64,000 nucleotides of DNA from Eledone cirrhosa (lineage: Eukaryota), in NCBI GenBank assembly GCA_964016885.1, contig OZ024741.1, positions 85,808,001 to 85,872,000 of the forward strand, in the 5' to 3' direction. Below are positions 27,155 through 39,600 of the stretch, one piece after another (position 1 is the stretch's first letter; each line of letters begins with the position of its first letter). Under the pieces are notes generated by a model that was given only the letters and a program-made list of their open reading frames with translations, searched no databases and was not told the DNA's origin. The position numbers were made by a program, and so were the translations under genes.

Positions 27155-27670
27155 TAGTGGCCGCCAACCTCTCCGACTTCACGGACCACTAAATTCATAA
27201 TTTTAAATCCTGCGGATCACTAATAAGAATTTTTTTAAAAAGATAAATACATTTTTAAAATAATGAGCAGAGAACTTCCATTTTATTAATATGAAATGCA
27301 CCTATTAACTATATCAAAATTATAAATACCTATGTAATCAAAATGTTTAAAGGCTTGTTTAATTGTAACATTATTAAAGTTAGTTTATTACAAGATAATT
27401 AAAGCTTATTTAATTATTATACATTTTTAGTGTGATATTTGTGTATGTTTGAAATAAGTTCATGAATTTTTGGCTCCAATGACGTAAAATTCTTTCGTAG
27501 ATGTTAGTTCTTTACTGAGGGGAAACATTTTTTAGGGGTGTTATAAAATATATTTTAAACAAATATTATTGTTGTTTTATTATTAATAAAACATAAAAAT
27601 TGCAAATAATGTCCAAATTTTTCTGCGGACCACCAAAATTTTCTCTCGGACCACTGGTTGGTGACCACTG
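27155..27670 (-). mobile_element. hAT/Charlie-type non-autonomous element
   Basis: TIRs (T/C)AGTGG(C/T)C(G/A)CCAACC; 8-bp TSD CTCTAGAC/TTCTAGAC; minus-strand remnant SLEPKIHELIS..QISH* of a transposase C-terminus. Confidence 0.85.
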
Positions 27671-27678
27671 TTCTAGAC

Positions 27679-27816
27679 CAATCATGGGCAAACTGCAGTC
27701 CGTTTTATATTCTGAATAGTATGTCTAACAAAAGTTCCCTTGAATTTTTTTAATTGTGCAACTCCACTATATGATGATCCATGCAGTCCACAGCTCAAAA
27801 ATATTGTGCATGCCTA
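27679..27816. mobile_element. Short degenerate hAT MITE at the same target
   Basis: CAATCATGGGCAA...TTGTGCATGCCTA flanked by TTCTAGAC/TTCTAAAC. Confidence 0.6.
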
Positions 27817-28401
27817 TTCTAAACTATATCCCTTCACTAATGTAATATTACTACTCTAATGCAACATTACCACATTAATGTAATACTGCTACACTAATAA
27901 ACACTACTACACTAATGTAACATTACTACACTAATCTCATACTTCTACACTACTACAACACTACAACACTAATCCAGTACTACTTCACTAATATAACACT
28001 ATTACATTGATATAGGCATGCCACAGAGATTAAGAAGTTCACTTTACAATAATGAGGTCCTGGGTTCAATCTCATCTCTTCAAGTGTCTTGAACAAAATG
28101 ACATTGCTATAACCAACACAATGTCCCAGTTAAATGTATAAGTAATTTACTAGTATAAATTATTAATATCTTATATATATATGTGGAAGATAGACATTAA
28201 ACGATGAGGATGATGATATATATATATATATGTGTATGTGTGTGTATATATATGTGTGTGTGTGTGTGTATATATAGCAGAGGTCCGAAGAGCTTTTGAT
28301 TCCAGAATCAGGCCAGATCAATACAGATCGAACCTTAAGCTGATCAATCTGGCCTGATTCTGGAATTAAAAGCTCTTCGGACCTCTGCTATATATATATA
28401 T

Positions 28402-28974
28402 ATCATCATCATCATCATCGTTTAACGTCCGTGTTCCACGCTTGCATGGGTTTGGACGGGAGTTTTCCCACTTGAGGCAAGAGTGGTTGTCTTGCTCGCA
28501 TAGGACTGTCTGGCAGGTTTTCTATGGTTGGATGCCCTTCTTAACACCAACCACATTTACAGTGTGGAACTGGGAACTTTTTACCGTGTTACCTACACGG
28601 CCACATTACAGCGTGGACTGTGTGTTTTTTTGTCGTGACACTTACACGACCTCATTTGTTTCGGACTGGATGTTGTGGTACCAACATAACTTTACATTGA
28701 AAGGGGTGGTGTGGATGGGTGGGGGTAGTGGGACGGGGGTGTATTTTGTTAGAGGTGCCTACTGACTGTAGTAGGTTTTACTTTGTATTTAGGTAAGGCG
28801 GGTCTTCTCTATTACTGTGTAGCGCCAAAGATCTCGGTCCAGTGACATTGTCTTGGAGAGGTGTAAGTGTGTGAGGTCGGAATTTATCAAGTCGTCCCAG
28901 GTTTTTCTGGGTCTGCCTACTCCGTGGCTACCGTCTATTTTTATTGCCCTGCACTTTTTTATACAGCTGTCGTC

Positions 28975-28980
<6 letters not shown>
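28402..28980 (-). mobile_element. 3' fragment of an RTE/BovB-like LINE with (GAT)n tail
   Basis: [10 protein letters not shown]...GRPRKTWDD...DRDLWR; 3' end GGACGTTAAACGATGATG. Related fragments at ~35275-35600, 36100-36430, 36530-37510, 38850-39290, 41628-42410 and 53655-55400. Confidence 0.85.
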
Positions 28981-29021
<41 letters not shown>

Positions 29022-29293
29022 CATGCATATATATATATATACATACATGCATATATATATATACATACATGCATATATATATATATATATACATACATGC
29101 ATATATATATATATACATACATGCATATATATATATACATACATGCATATATATATATATACATACATGCATATATATATATATATATACATACATGCAT
29201 ATATATATACATACACACACACACACACACATATATACATACATATATACCGTCTAACCCATGCTAGCGTGGAAAGTGGACGTTAAACGAAGT

Positions 29294-29330
<37 letters not shown>

Positions 29331-29486
29331 ATATATATATATATTTTGAGTATATGTTGGGTGTTTACCGACACCTCAGTATGCAGATTGGAGCACTCGA
29401 CGAAGTGCGCAGGTTGGTTTGGTTACTTCGGAGTAATGTAAAATAAAATAAATAAGTCAAATATTTAAAATTTGGCTTTGTTTATT

Positions 29487-29541
29487 ACTGCTATATATAT
29501 TTCAGTGACAGCCATCTTTGGCTGTGACCTCTTCAGGCAGT
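29487..29541 (-). ncRNA. Type I hammerhead ribozyme candidate, canonical core
   Basis: Minus strand ACTGC-CTGAAGA-GGTcACAGCCA-aaga-TGGCTGTcACT-GAAA-tatata-TA-GCAGT followed by AATAAA; perfect 5-bp helix I, palindromic stem III, triplet ATA. Confidence 0.75.
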
Positions 29542-30139
29542 CCGAATTAGTGTGGTAGAGACGAGTACACCTGTTGTTGAGGTGTTTAACTTCGTCAATA
29601 CTCTGATGTGCCCAGTTCCTGGTTGGGTTGTTATTTCTCTGAGGAACTGGAATCATATGAATTCAAACAAACGAATTTCAGCAGCGTCAAAGAACATCCT
29701 CTCCCCCCATTGGTCAGTTGTGAGAACATTCCTCAGTCAAAAGTCTATAGAGATTCTTTCTGAGGCGAGGCAATCTGTAGTGGTTGTTTTTGTTATTGTT
29801 AAGTACATCTGACCTCTTCCCTTATGTTGGTAGTGGTGTTGGTGCTGGGGTCAGCTTAAGTCCGGCTGCTGCTGATTTTAGAAGGATCTGTGTGTGTATG
29901 CTGGCATCTATCCTGCCACCATTTCTCGTGGTGGTGGGGGGTGGGGGTTGTGCCAAGCATATGAAGAAATAAGATACAGTAAACACAACAGACAATAAAA
30001 TGAAGAAAATAGAATAAAAAATTAAAAAATGAAGAGAACAATAAAATGAAATGAAAAGGTAAAAGACTAAAAAATAAGAATAAAATAAAGAAATAAAAAA
30101 GTAAAGTAGAGTAAAATAAAATAAAATAAGATAAAATAA

Positions 30140-30305
30140 AATAATTGTTTCTACTTTAGGCACAAGGCCAGCAATTACCCAGTGCATTACTGGTACTTTA
30201 TTTTATCGACCCCGTAAGGATGAAAGGCAAAGTCAACCTCAGCGGGATTTGAACTCAGATCGTAAAGGGACGTAACTATGCTGGAAAGCATGGCGTCCGA
30301 CCCTC
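30140..30305 (-). mobile_element. SINE, young short subfamily
   Basis: Near-identical to 20335-20515. Confidence 0.88.
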
Positions 30306-31532
30306 TAAAAATAATATAAGCCAATAAATAAACAAAAAAATGATAAAATGGTAGAAGGAATAAGATGATAAAAGAATAAAATAAGATAATCAAATAAAAT
30401 GTGTGTGTGTTATAACCAATCTCAAAGTTAGAAATCTCACGAAGTGAGCACCTGCAAGTAGCCAACTCTGTGCTGATGATGGTGAGCAGGAAGGTGGTCC
30501 TAGGGCCAAAGACACCAGAAGGCTGCCAAAATATGTTTGTATCCTGTCATCAGATTTGCACAAAGCTCTCTGAAAGACATCTTCCAATGGCCTAACTCAT
30601 TAGAAGACACTCTTTCTTTTTTATAGGTGTACTTCATAAATTACAGGTGTTTTACTACCTTGTCACAGTGGCCAATAGCTAAGAGAAGAAAGCACATTTT
30701 CTTTTGTTTTTTTGTCACTACTAATGTTATTTTTTTTTTATATGTTACTCTAATAATTTCGTTTTTATGTTAGTTATATATATAATAAAGAAAATTGTTA
30801 GGAAAGGAAAGAAAAGAAATTAGTTTCTGTCCATTGTATAATGTAAAGTACCTATTAAGGTAAAACAGTATCTTAATGTTTACAATAGGCTGGGTGTTGC
30901 TAGGCTGAATGGTTATTTATTAAACAAAACCCATATTAATTTACCTCATGTTTACTTCATTCAGCAATCTTTGAAAAGAGATATGTAATAATATATTATC
31001 TTCTAAGTTAAAATACAAATAAACACTACTTATGAGTATATATCAATGTGTGTGTGTTTTATATATATAGAGGGAGAAAACATATATATGTGTGTGAATA
31101 GTTTACTTGAGTTCAAGTCCGGCAGTCCAGATGAATGCGTGCCACAGCTTTCTGGTACAAGAAGGGGGAGCAGGAGGACTGGAGGGATGACGGGACAGAA
31201 GGAGGGAGGACCGGTGGTTGAGGGAGGTGCCGTAGTCGGTTGTCAGAGTCGACATCTTGTCCCGGTCGTCTTCTCCATCTTCGTCTGGTGTTGCGGGACC
31301 AGAAGTGCATTCTTGGAGGAGACCTGCAGCTGCATCGGCCAATTCTTCTTGTAATGGTCATTCTGACGGAGCAGAACTGCTCAGCCAACCAACCCCAACC
31401 AGAACCAACCGCTCAGGGGCAACACACAATGAGAGCATGACAATTATTATGCACTAATCAAGAAGATACTGGGGCATAGCACAGGAAACGAATAAAAAAA
31501 TGTTGCCACTAATATTATTGTAAAATTTTTTA

Positions 31533-31662
31533 TTTCTTGTCCAATTCTTTAAAGCTTTATCTTAGTTTCTTGTCCTATTCTTTTAAAGTTTTATCTTAGT
31601 TTCTTGTCCTATTCTTTTAAAGTTTTATTTTAGTTTCTTGTCCTGTATTTTTAAAGGTTTAT
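31533..31662. repeat. ~34 bp minisatellite, 4 copies
   Basis: Unit TTTCTTGTCCTATTCTTTTAAAGTTTTATCTTAG. Confidence 0.9.
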
Positions 31663-31983
31663 ATTCCAACAATATTACTTTTTTTTGCTGTACGCATTTT
31701 TCTATCTGGTCTACTATTTTTTAAGGCAATGCAAGCAACAACTATCTAATAATTAAATGATCATAGTGAATTACTGACAAGTGATTGACATTTTAAAGTT
31801 CTTTTGAGTATAATTGCAATCTAGTTGAGGCAACTGGCTTAATGACAAAGCTAGTAAATCATGAATGCATTTGAGATGATTAGTGCATAATAGTGAATTG
31901 GTGAAACTTGTGCATTTCAATGGTGTTACAACAATAGTTGTAAGTTATATAGTAGTAATACTTTATCATTTTAACTTTTTAGA

Positions 31984-32341
31984 ATGGACAAAATCCCATG
32001 CAAAGAAATGACTGACTGCAGTGATTCTCTCCAATTTACTTACAAAGCAAAACGTGGTCAAATACCTTATCATCTCTGATAAAATGCCCATTGAATCACT
32101 GAAAATCGGATGCATGGAATTCCTCATAAAATGCACCTATGAATCGGAAGCCATCACATATATCAATGGATATAGGGAGTTGTTCACACTGGAAGACCAT
32201 CACTTCATTTGTGACTTCATCAGTTATCTCCACGATTATCTCAGACACCCAATGCCATTGATGAGAGGTGATCCAATGTGTGAGCATGTAACTAATCTTA
32301 TAGAAGTTGTTATCGACCACCTGGCTTTTAGTGACATTTGA
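31984..32341 (+). pseudogene. BTB/BACK-like coding fragment within a C1GALT1 intron
   Basis: Removing one ACTG duplication gives MDKIPCKEMTAVILSNLLTKQNVVKYLIISDKMPIESLKIGCMEFL, resembling the BTB-BACK junction pattern (L..+NV...L..AD.....LK..C..F+). Confidence 0.45.
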
Positions 32342-33708
32342 CTGATTTGACTGATAATGATGTATTTTTAAAAAGTATGTGTACATTCTTGTTACTATTT
32401 TAAGGCAATGCAAGCAACAACTATTTAATAAAATTTAAATTTAAAAATGACCATTGTGCATTACTAGTATGATGACATTTTATTAAGTCTCAAAATTAGT
32501 CAGTCAGCCATAGAACAATAATCAGATGGCAAAAACATTGGCAAAAATTTGTGTCAATTTAAGATTTCCAACATTGTTCAAATGAATCATATCTGGTTTG
32601 AAGTCAGATTTGTCAAATTTTGACCAATTTTCAATGTTGTGAAGATTGGGCAAGTTCAATTTTTGAATCATTTCTTTCATACAGTAATTAAACTTTTCCA
32701 AACGTCGTCATTTCTGGATTACCTTCCCTAGCGTCACACTTACTACTCACTCACTTGAACACAAGATTTATCAGCAAACTTTGATTATAAACTTTTTCCC
32801 GCTGGACCAAATTTCTAGATTTTTAAGCCAAAAGATGCGTAATGATCTACTGTTCATGCTCATATAAGTTTTATCTCAGTTAAATAAAGTAGAGCCGCGC
32901 TGTACTGTCGTAAACAGACGATTGCCAACGAAAACACGACCACAACAATATTACTAAACGGACTACCGTCCGTTTAGGATATAGATAGATAGATAGATAT
33001 AGATATATAGATATAAATAAATATACAAATACACATGGCATATTATTGTGGCTGATTCTTATTGTGCGAACATTTAAGCAGATGGTCTATAACATGTTGT
33101 CACCTATAAGAGTCGCTACCTTGATTGAATATAGTTTTCAATTAATTGTCTATTGTGGATCAATAACAACAATAAGAAGAAGAAGAATGAGAATGATGAT
33201 AATAAGAAGACGAAGAAGAAGAAATAATGATGATATTAATACTAGTGTTAATGATAATAGAGGTAATGTTAATGAAAATGATGGTAATAAATAATGTTGA
33301 TTCTAATCAAGTGTTTTTAATATCCTCCATGAAATTATTGATTAATCTGATATTGTAAAGTATGGTGTGATACTGAAACAATTTTCATTAATGATATATG
33401 TGTGTGTGTGTATATATATATTGTGTGTGTATATATATATATACACACACAAACACACACACATATATATGTAAGTATGCACACATATCAGCTGTGCTAG
33501 GGCGAGAAATGAAATTCTAATTTTATTTTATATATATATATATATATATAAGTATAAAAAATGTGCTCAAGTACAGAAATGGTATAAAGATAGCTTATAA
33601 AAGATGGAAAAAGAAGTTGAATACTTATGTGTTGTGTGTGTGTGTGGATGTATATGCAGTTATATGTGTGTGAGTAGGTGCATATATATGCATACACATA
33701 GAAATATA

Positions 33709-33757
<49 letters not shown>

Positions 33758-34339
33758 TTGTCACCCGGTATTTGCAGGGGTTATATATGACGTTAAGGTA
33801 TTGTTCACAAAATAAATAATATCAAAAATCTCATACATTCGATATTATATGAGATAAAGTGTTAAATATGTATTTTCTTTGATAGCTTCCTAGTTAACCA
33901 AAGGCTTGTGAATGAAATTTTGTAGACAGAAACTGTTGGAATAACTGTAGTAGTTATTGTGCAGTAGACTTAATCCATATCACATGATTTAACACCACCA
34001 CTTCACCATTAATACTGTATGTGACAAGGCTGGACTTTTGAATTGCAGGTAGAGTCCCTCTCTTGTATTATATTGTAAGTGGTTGATTATTCCACAGACA
34101 CGTGTACCCTTAATGTAATTCTTAGCTGGAATCAGTGTGGCACAGTATGTGATATGGCTGGACCTTTGAATTATGTGGTATACATTTAAAGCATTATGGA
34201 CATCATGGATGTATTTCTAACTCGTATTATACTGGTTTATAGTTTATTTGTTTGTTTAATAGTGTTTTTATTTACCTTTCTAATCAATTATTGTTGTTTC
34301 TTTTATCATTTTTTTTATTCCTCTTTCAATGGCAACCAG

Positions 34340-34995
34340 ATGACTACACCTTGGCTGATATGTTGAAGAAAAAGGTTCGTGTTTTGTGCTGGATTATGAC
34401 TGCACCAAAGACATTATACACAAAAGCCTTACATGTAAAACATACATGGGCCAGAAGATGTAACAAAATACTTTACATGAGTTCAACGTCTGACCCCAAA
34501 TTTCCCACCATTGGTCTAAATATTTCTGAAGGGAGGGAACACTTAACAGCAAAAACTATGAAGGCATTCCACTATATTTACAAAAACCACTTCAACGATG
34601 CTGACTGGTTCATGAAAGCAGACGATGACACGTACGTCATAGTGGAAAACCTTCGCTATTTTCTCTCCACTAAAAACCCTAATGAACCCATCTACTTCGG
34701 TCACCATTTTAAAACCATAGTGAAAGGGGGTTATCACAGTGGTGGTGCCGGTTATGTACTTAGCAAAGAAGCTCTGCGCCGTTTTGCCTTGCATGGAAAT
34801 TCCAATATATGTCGTGAGGACGGAGGTGCTGAAGATGCAGAAATTGGTAGCTGTTTAATGAAGTTAAACGTCACAGCTGGAAAATCTGTTGATAACCTGG
34901 GAAGATCCCGATTCCATTGTTTCGATCCAGGTACACATCTACATGGAGGTTACCCAGATTGGTTTTACCAATATGATTCAAATGGGGCTCGATCC
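34340..34995 (+). CDS. C1GALT1: C1GALT1-like T-synthase, coding exon 2 (GT31 catalytic domain)
   Basis: KVRVLCWIMT, TWARRCNK, DADWFMKADDDTYV, PIYFG, SGGAGYVLSKEAL, AEDAEIG; acceptor CAG 34337-34339, donor GTAAGT at 34996 (phase 0). Confidence 0.97.
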
Positions 34996-35063
34996 GTAAG
35001 TACCTTTTTTTACTCTCTTACTAGTTTAAGTCATTAGACTGCAGTCACACTGGGGCACCACAT

Positions 35064-35225
35064 TCTTTTACTGGTTTCAGTCATTTGACTACAACCATGC
35101 TAGGCCACAATCTTGAACAGATTTTTAGTTGGTCATATTCACCACAGTACTTTTTTTTTTTAATCTGGGACTTATTTTATCAATCTCTTTTTGTCATAAG
35201 GCTAAGTTACAGGACATAGACACAG
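35064..35225 (-). mobile_element. SINE-like repeat sharing its 3' tail with the CR1 at 925
   Basis: CTTTTACTGGTTTCAGTCATTTGACT...CCATGCT resembles 936-975; related copies at 19474-19612 and 35010-35060. Confidence 0.7.
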
Positions 35226-35641
35226 GCACAAACATAAATACAAATATAGACACATACCGAGACATGCATATGTATCATCATCATCATCACTGCTTAACAT
35301 CTATTTTTCATGCTTGTGTGGGTTAGAGAGACTGTCATGTTATGAGGTAAACATGTATTGCTCATAGGATCCACTTTAGACTTGGTTTTCTACAGCTGAA
35401 TGTGCTTCCTAATGCCAACCACTTTACAGTGTGTACTGGGTGCTTTTTGTTGTGGAACCAGCACTACTACCTTACAAGGTGGACTGTGTGCTTTTTGTAT
35501 GGCACCAGTACAACCACTTTGTAGGGTGGACTGTGTACTATTTGTTGTTGCACCCATACTAACACCTTACAAAGTAGACTGGGTGCTTTTTTGTCATAGT
35601 ACTCAATCAACAATCCACCCTGTAATTCATATGTATATAGG

Positions 35642-35673
<32 letters not shown>

Positions 35674-37807
35674 CATACACACACAAACCATGCAAGCGTG
35701 GAAGATGGACGTTAAACGATGATGATGATGATGACACACACATATACACATCATACACATACACTCACTCTCACAACCCTCCCTCCTTTGAGCCAGCTGA
35801 ACATCCAGAATTTGACAAGCTGGAAGGATAGGGGCTACACCATATATTATATATGCTCAGATGACTCCCTAGAAATAGTAGCCAGGGGACCAAATTGGCA
35901 GTGGGAGTGGGTATTCTAAAAGTACAGTAGCCAGAGGGAGAATAGGCTTGCTACAAAGAGTATCTCCCTCAGAGCGAAAGAGAGATTTACAAAACTTGTG
36001 TGTGAATGGCAATGCTAGATGGTAGTGAGATGCAGGCTTTGTATATGGCAGACTTATGAAGATTGGAAAGAAATGAGCCAAGCATGTTTTGAAGGATGTA
36101 TAATTGTAGTATACATTAGCAACAAAATATGAATGAGCTGAGAGTAAAATTGGACATAAGAGGTATTGGTTGCAATGTGCAAGAGAGGAAACTGTGGTAG
36201 TATGGATATGCTCTATGTCTGGAGGATGACAGCTGCATAAAGAAATGCAGAGTGCTCAAAATCAAAGCAATCTTTGGAAGGAGGAAGACCCAGGAAAATG
36301 TGAGATAATACGATTTTATGGAACTGAATCTCACAAAAGAGATGACCAAAGATAGATAAAACTAGCAATATTTCATAATATGAGGAACTCACCATCCCAT
36401 GCAACCTAACCTATGCAAGCATGGAAAATAGATATTAAATGGTGATGGTATATATATGTATATATACCATCACCATATAATGTCTATTAAAGGTATATAT
36501 ATATATATAAGTTCAGAGAGCTACTACTGCTACTAACTACAAAAGGTTCTTCTTCAAAATGAAGGGCAGGTTTTATGATGCATGTATACAAACAGCAATG
36601 CTTGCATGGTAGAGAGACCTGAGCACTGTGTGCAGAGGACCTATGATGATTGTAAAGAAATGACGCTTGCATGCTCCTATAGTTGTGTAATAGTAATATA
36701 CATGAATGGTAAAGTGTAAATGAACTGAGAAACTGAGCATAAGAGGGATCAAAGACAGAATGCAGAAGAGGAGATTGCAGTGGTATGGACATGTGATACA
36801 TATGAAGGATGACAGCTGTATAAAAAGGTGTAGGGTGCTCAAAGTTGATGGATGAGAAAGACCTAGAAAGCGTTGAAATGAGACGATAAAACTGACCTCA
36901 CTCAATTGCACCTCTCAAAGGTGATGACACAGGATTGAAATCTCTGGTGTTATGCAGTACTGCAGAAGACCAGTCATTACATGTGCATGGGTTGAAGCAA
37001 ACATCTTGTGATCTCTACTATGAACCATTCTCCTCCTCCCCCTTCCATCTACCTTCTACATCCTAACACTCAACCCTTAACCAGCTAAGTACCCCACTGT
37101 AGACCTACCTCTGCAATCGCCACCCTAGAAATACACACCACCCCCACTTTTCACATCTGATACACCTCTCGTGACCAACACATGAATTCAAGCATGAAAA
37201 GCTGATCTCATTCTCCCACAATACTGCTGAAATGGCTAAAAAGCTCTCAGTTCACCCTGTAACTTGGTCATGCTGATGACACAACAAAAACCCCATCATG
37301 ATGGGGATATGATATGAGGCACCCAATCCACCTGATGGCAGAACAGAGGGCAGCCAGTCCACCTAGACAAAAAGTGCCTGGCCCACACTATAAATGTGGT
37401 TGGCATTAGGAAGAGCATCCAGCCATAGAAACCAAGCCAGAAACAGTCATCTAATCTGACTTGTCTCATATCTGGACACTCGTTAAATGGTGCTGTTGAT
37501 GATGATGATGATGATATACACATATATATATATAATTACATACATACATACATTCAGTAATCAACAAACTATTGGGTTTCTCTTATGTGAACTATTAATT
37601 GATAAAAGTGTAGGTCCCCAGTTTGTATAATTGTTCATATATCTGGTAATCATGGTATATATGGCATGCCAATCTTGTATAGCCAATGAATGTAAAAATC
37701 GCAGCCTAAATACAGTTCCAATCTGGGCAAGGTACGGTGTGGCCAGCTGACCAGACTTGTCTCATGACATGAGCAAAAAATAGATATTTAAACACCGATG
37801 ATTATGA

Positions 37808-37845
<38 letters not shown>

Positions 37846-37850
<5 letters not shown>

Positions 37851-38315
37851 TGCATATACAGTGTATTTTGCAATACACTGTATACTTAATTAAAAGCATT
37901 TCGAAGACCTTACGCTATTGTTTTAAAGTAGTGACAGTCTCACTTACTTTAAATTTTCAGCAAACAGGGGAGATAAAGCTGACAGAGCTCTGTTTCGTAC
38001 TCCACCTGTTTGCTGAAAATCATGAATGTTTGATTCTTATAGAATTCTAGTAATAATCTGTATAATCAGTTCCTGATCATTACTAGAATTCTATAAGAAT
38101 CAAACATTCATGATTTTCAGCAAACAAGTGGAGTACTTGGCTTTGATAAGTACCAATCAGTACGAAACAGAGCTCTGTTAGCTTTATCTCCCCTGTTTAG
38201 TGAAAATTTAAAGTAAGTGAGACTGTCACTACTCTAAAACAATAGCGTAAGGTCTTCGAAATGCTTTTAATTAAGCATACAGTGTATTGCAAAATACACT
38301 ATATATGCATTCATA
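37846..38315. repeat. ~215 bp-arm inverted repeat (foldback), spacer ~16 bp
   Basis: 37846-38058 is the reverse complement of 38075-38315 with a few mismatches; the right arm has 27 extra bp. Confidence 0.95.
38139..38183 (+). ncRNA. Type I hammerhead ribozyme candidate, U3-A8 covariant core
   Basis: GGCT-TTGATAA-GTAC-caatca-GTAC-GAAA-CAGAGCTCTG-TT-AGCT; palindromic stem III; triplet GTT here, GTC in the inverted arm. Confidence 0.72.
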
Positions 38316-38346
38316 TATATATCGCTATTTCAGAGCACCAATTCTA

Positions 38347-38401
<55 letters not shown>

Positions 38402-38644
38402 AGTATAAATTTATAATTTCTAGAAAAATTATGTACATTAATCTTTTCTTATTGATTATAAGAGTCTTTTGTTTTAACTCTTCATATTGATTATGTAAGA
38501 TTCTTTTGTTTTTATCATTGAAGTAGTGTTGTTGAAGATTCCCAAAGCCTAATACTGATCTTCTGTAGAAGTTTTTTAAATTATTTCCTTGTATATAGCA
38601 GGACAACTTTCGTAGACATTCTATACATGGTCAGGTTTTAAATT

Positions 38645-38714
<70 letters not shown>

Positions 38715-38816
38715 GTGTGTGTGTGTATATATACTTGCTCTACGGTTCTTATATATTTGATATATATTTTCCTTATCGAGCCCTCTTTGGATTTTAGTCT
38801 TCAAATTTATTATTAT

Positions 38817-38849
<33 letters not shown>

Positions 38850-38850
<1 letters not shown>

Positions 38851-39290
38851 TCATCATCATCTTCATTTTACGTCCACTTTTCCCTGTTTGCAAGGGTTGG
38901 ACGGGTCCTTTTCAGCACAGCATCTCTCTACCTGTCACAGTCCTTCGTCATCTCCTCGGTGAGTTTCAGTGATCTAAGGTCTGCTCTCAAAACCTCCGCC
39001 CATGTTTTTCGTGGTCTACCTCTACTGCGTCTTCCCTCCACTGGGACTTCCTGGCACTTCTTCACCCATCGGTCATCCTCCATGCGCATCACATGTCCAT
39101 ACCATCTCAGCCTTCTCTCCTGCACACCACAACTTTTCCCTCTTATACCTAGTTTCTTTCTCAACTCGTCTATGCTTGGTCGTTCACGCACATTGACATT
39201 GCACATCCAACGGAGCATACTTGCTTCATTTCTCTCCAGCCATCACATATCTTCTGTAGTTGCTGCCCATGTCTCACTACCATGCAGCAT
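38850..39290 (-). mobile_element. RTE/BovB-like LINE 3' fragment
   Basis: MLRWMCNV...ERRLRWYGHVMRM...RGRPRKTW; (GAT)n tail. Confidence 0.88.
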
Positions 39291-39433
39291 CGCGCATTGG
39301 CATCATATAACTACTAGTCATCGCTCTTTTGATCAGTGGAACATCTAGGATATGACAGTGTTGTTAGGGTGTTGGATATGTGTTCCAGTTCTCTACATTC
39401 TGAGGTTAACTTTGCCTTTCATTAATAAATAAA

Positions 39434-39600
39434 AGTACATTACTGGTACTTTATTTTATCGACCCTGTAAGGATGAAAGCAAAGTTAACCTCAAATCCCG
39501 CCGAGGTTAACTTTGCCTTTCATCCTTACGGGGTCGATAAAATAAAGTACCAGTAATGTACTGGGCAATTGCTGGCATTGTGCCAAAAGTAGAAACAATT
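39434..39600 (+). mobile_element. SINE with inverted 5' duplication and 15-bp TSD
   Basis: TTAATAAATAAAAGT at 39422-39436 and 39599-39613; 39434-39492 is the reverse complement of 39503-39562. Confidence 0.8.

Noticed and set aside
30465-30565. CTGATGA with possible helix I (CTCTGTG/CACAAAG)
   Set aside because: GAAA is absent and the cleavage position would be G; too degenerate to call.
34252-34339. Hydrophobic N-terminus of ORF 34252..35037 as a signal anchor
   Set aside because: It is the intronic polypyrimidine tract; the real anchor is in the exon at 26822.
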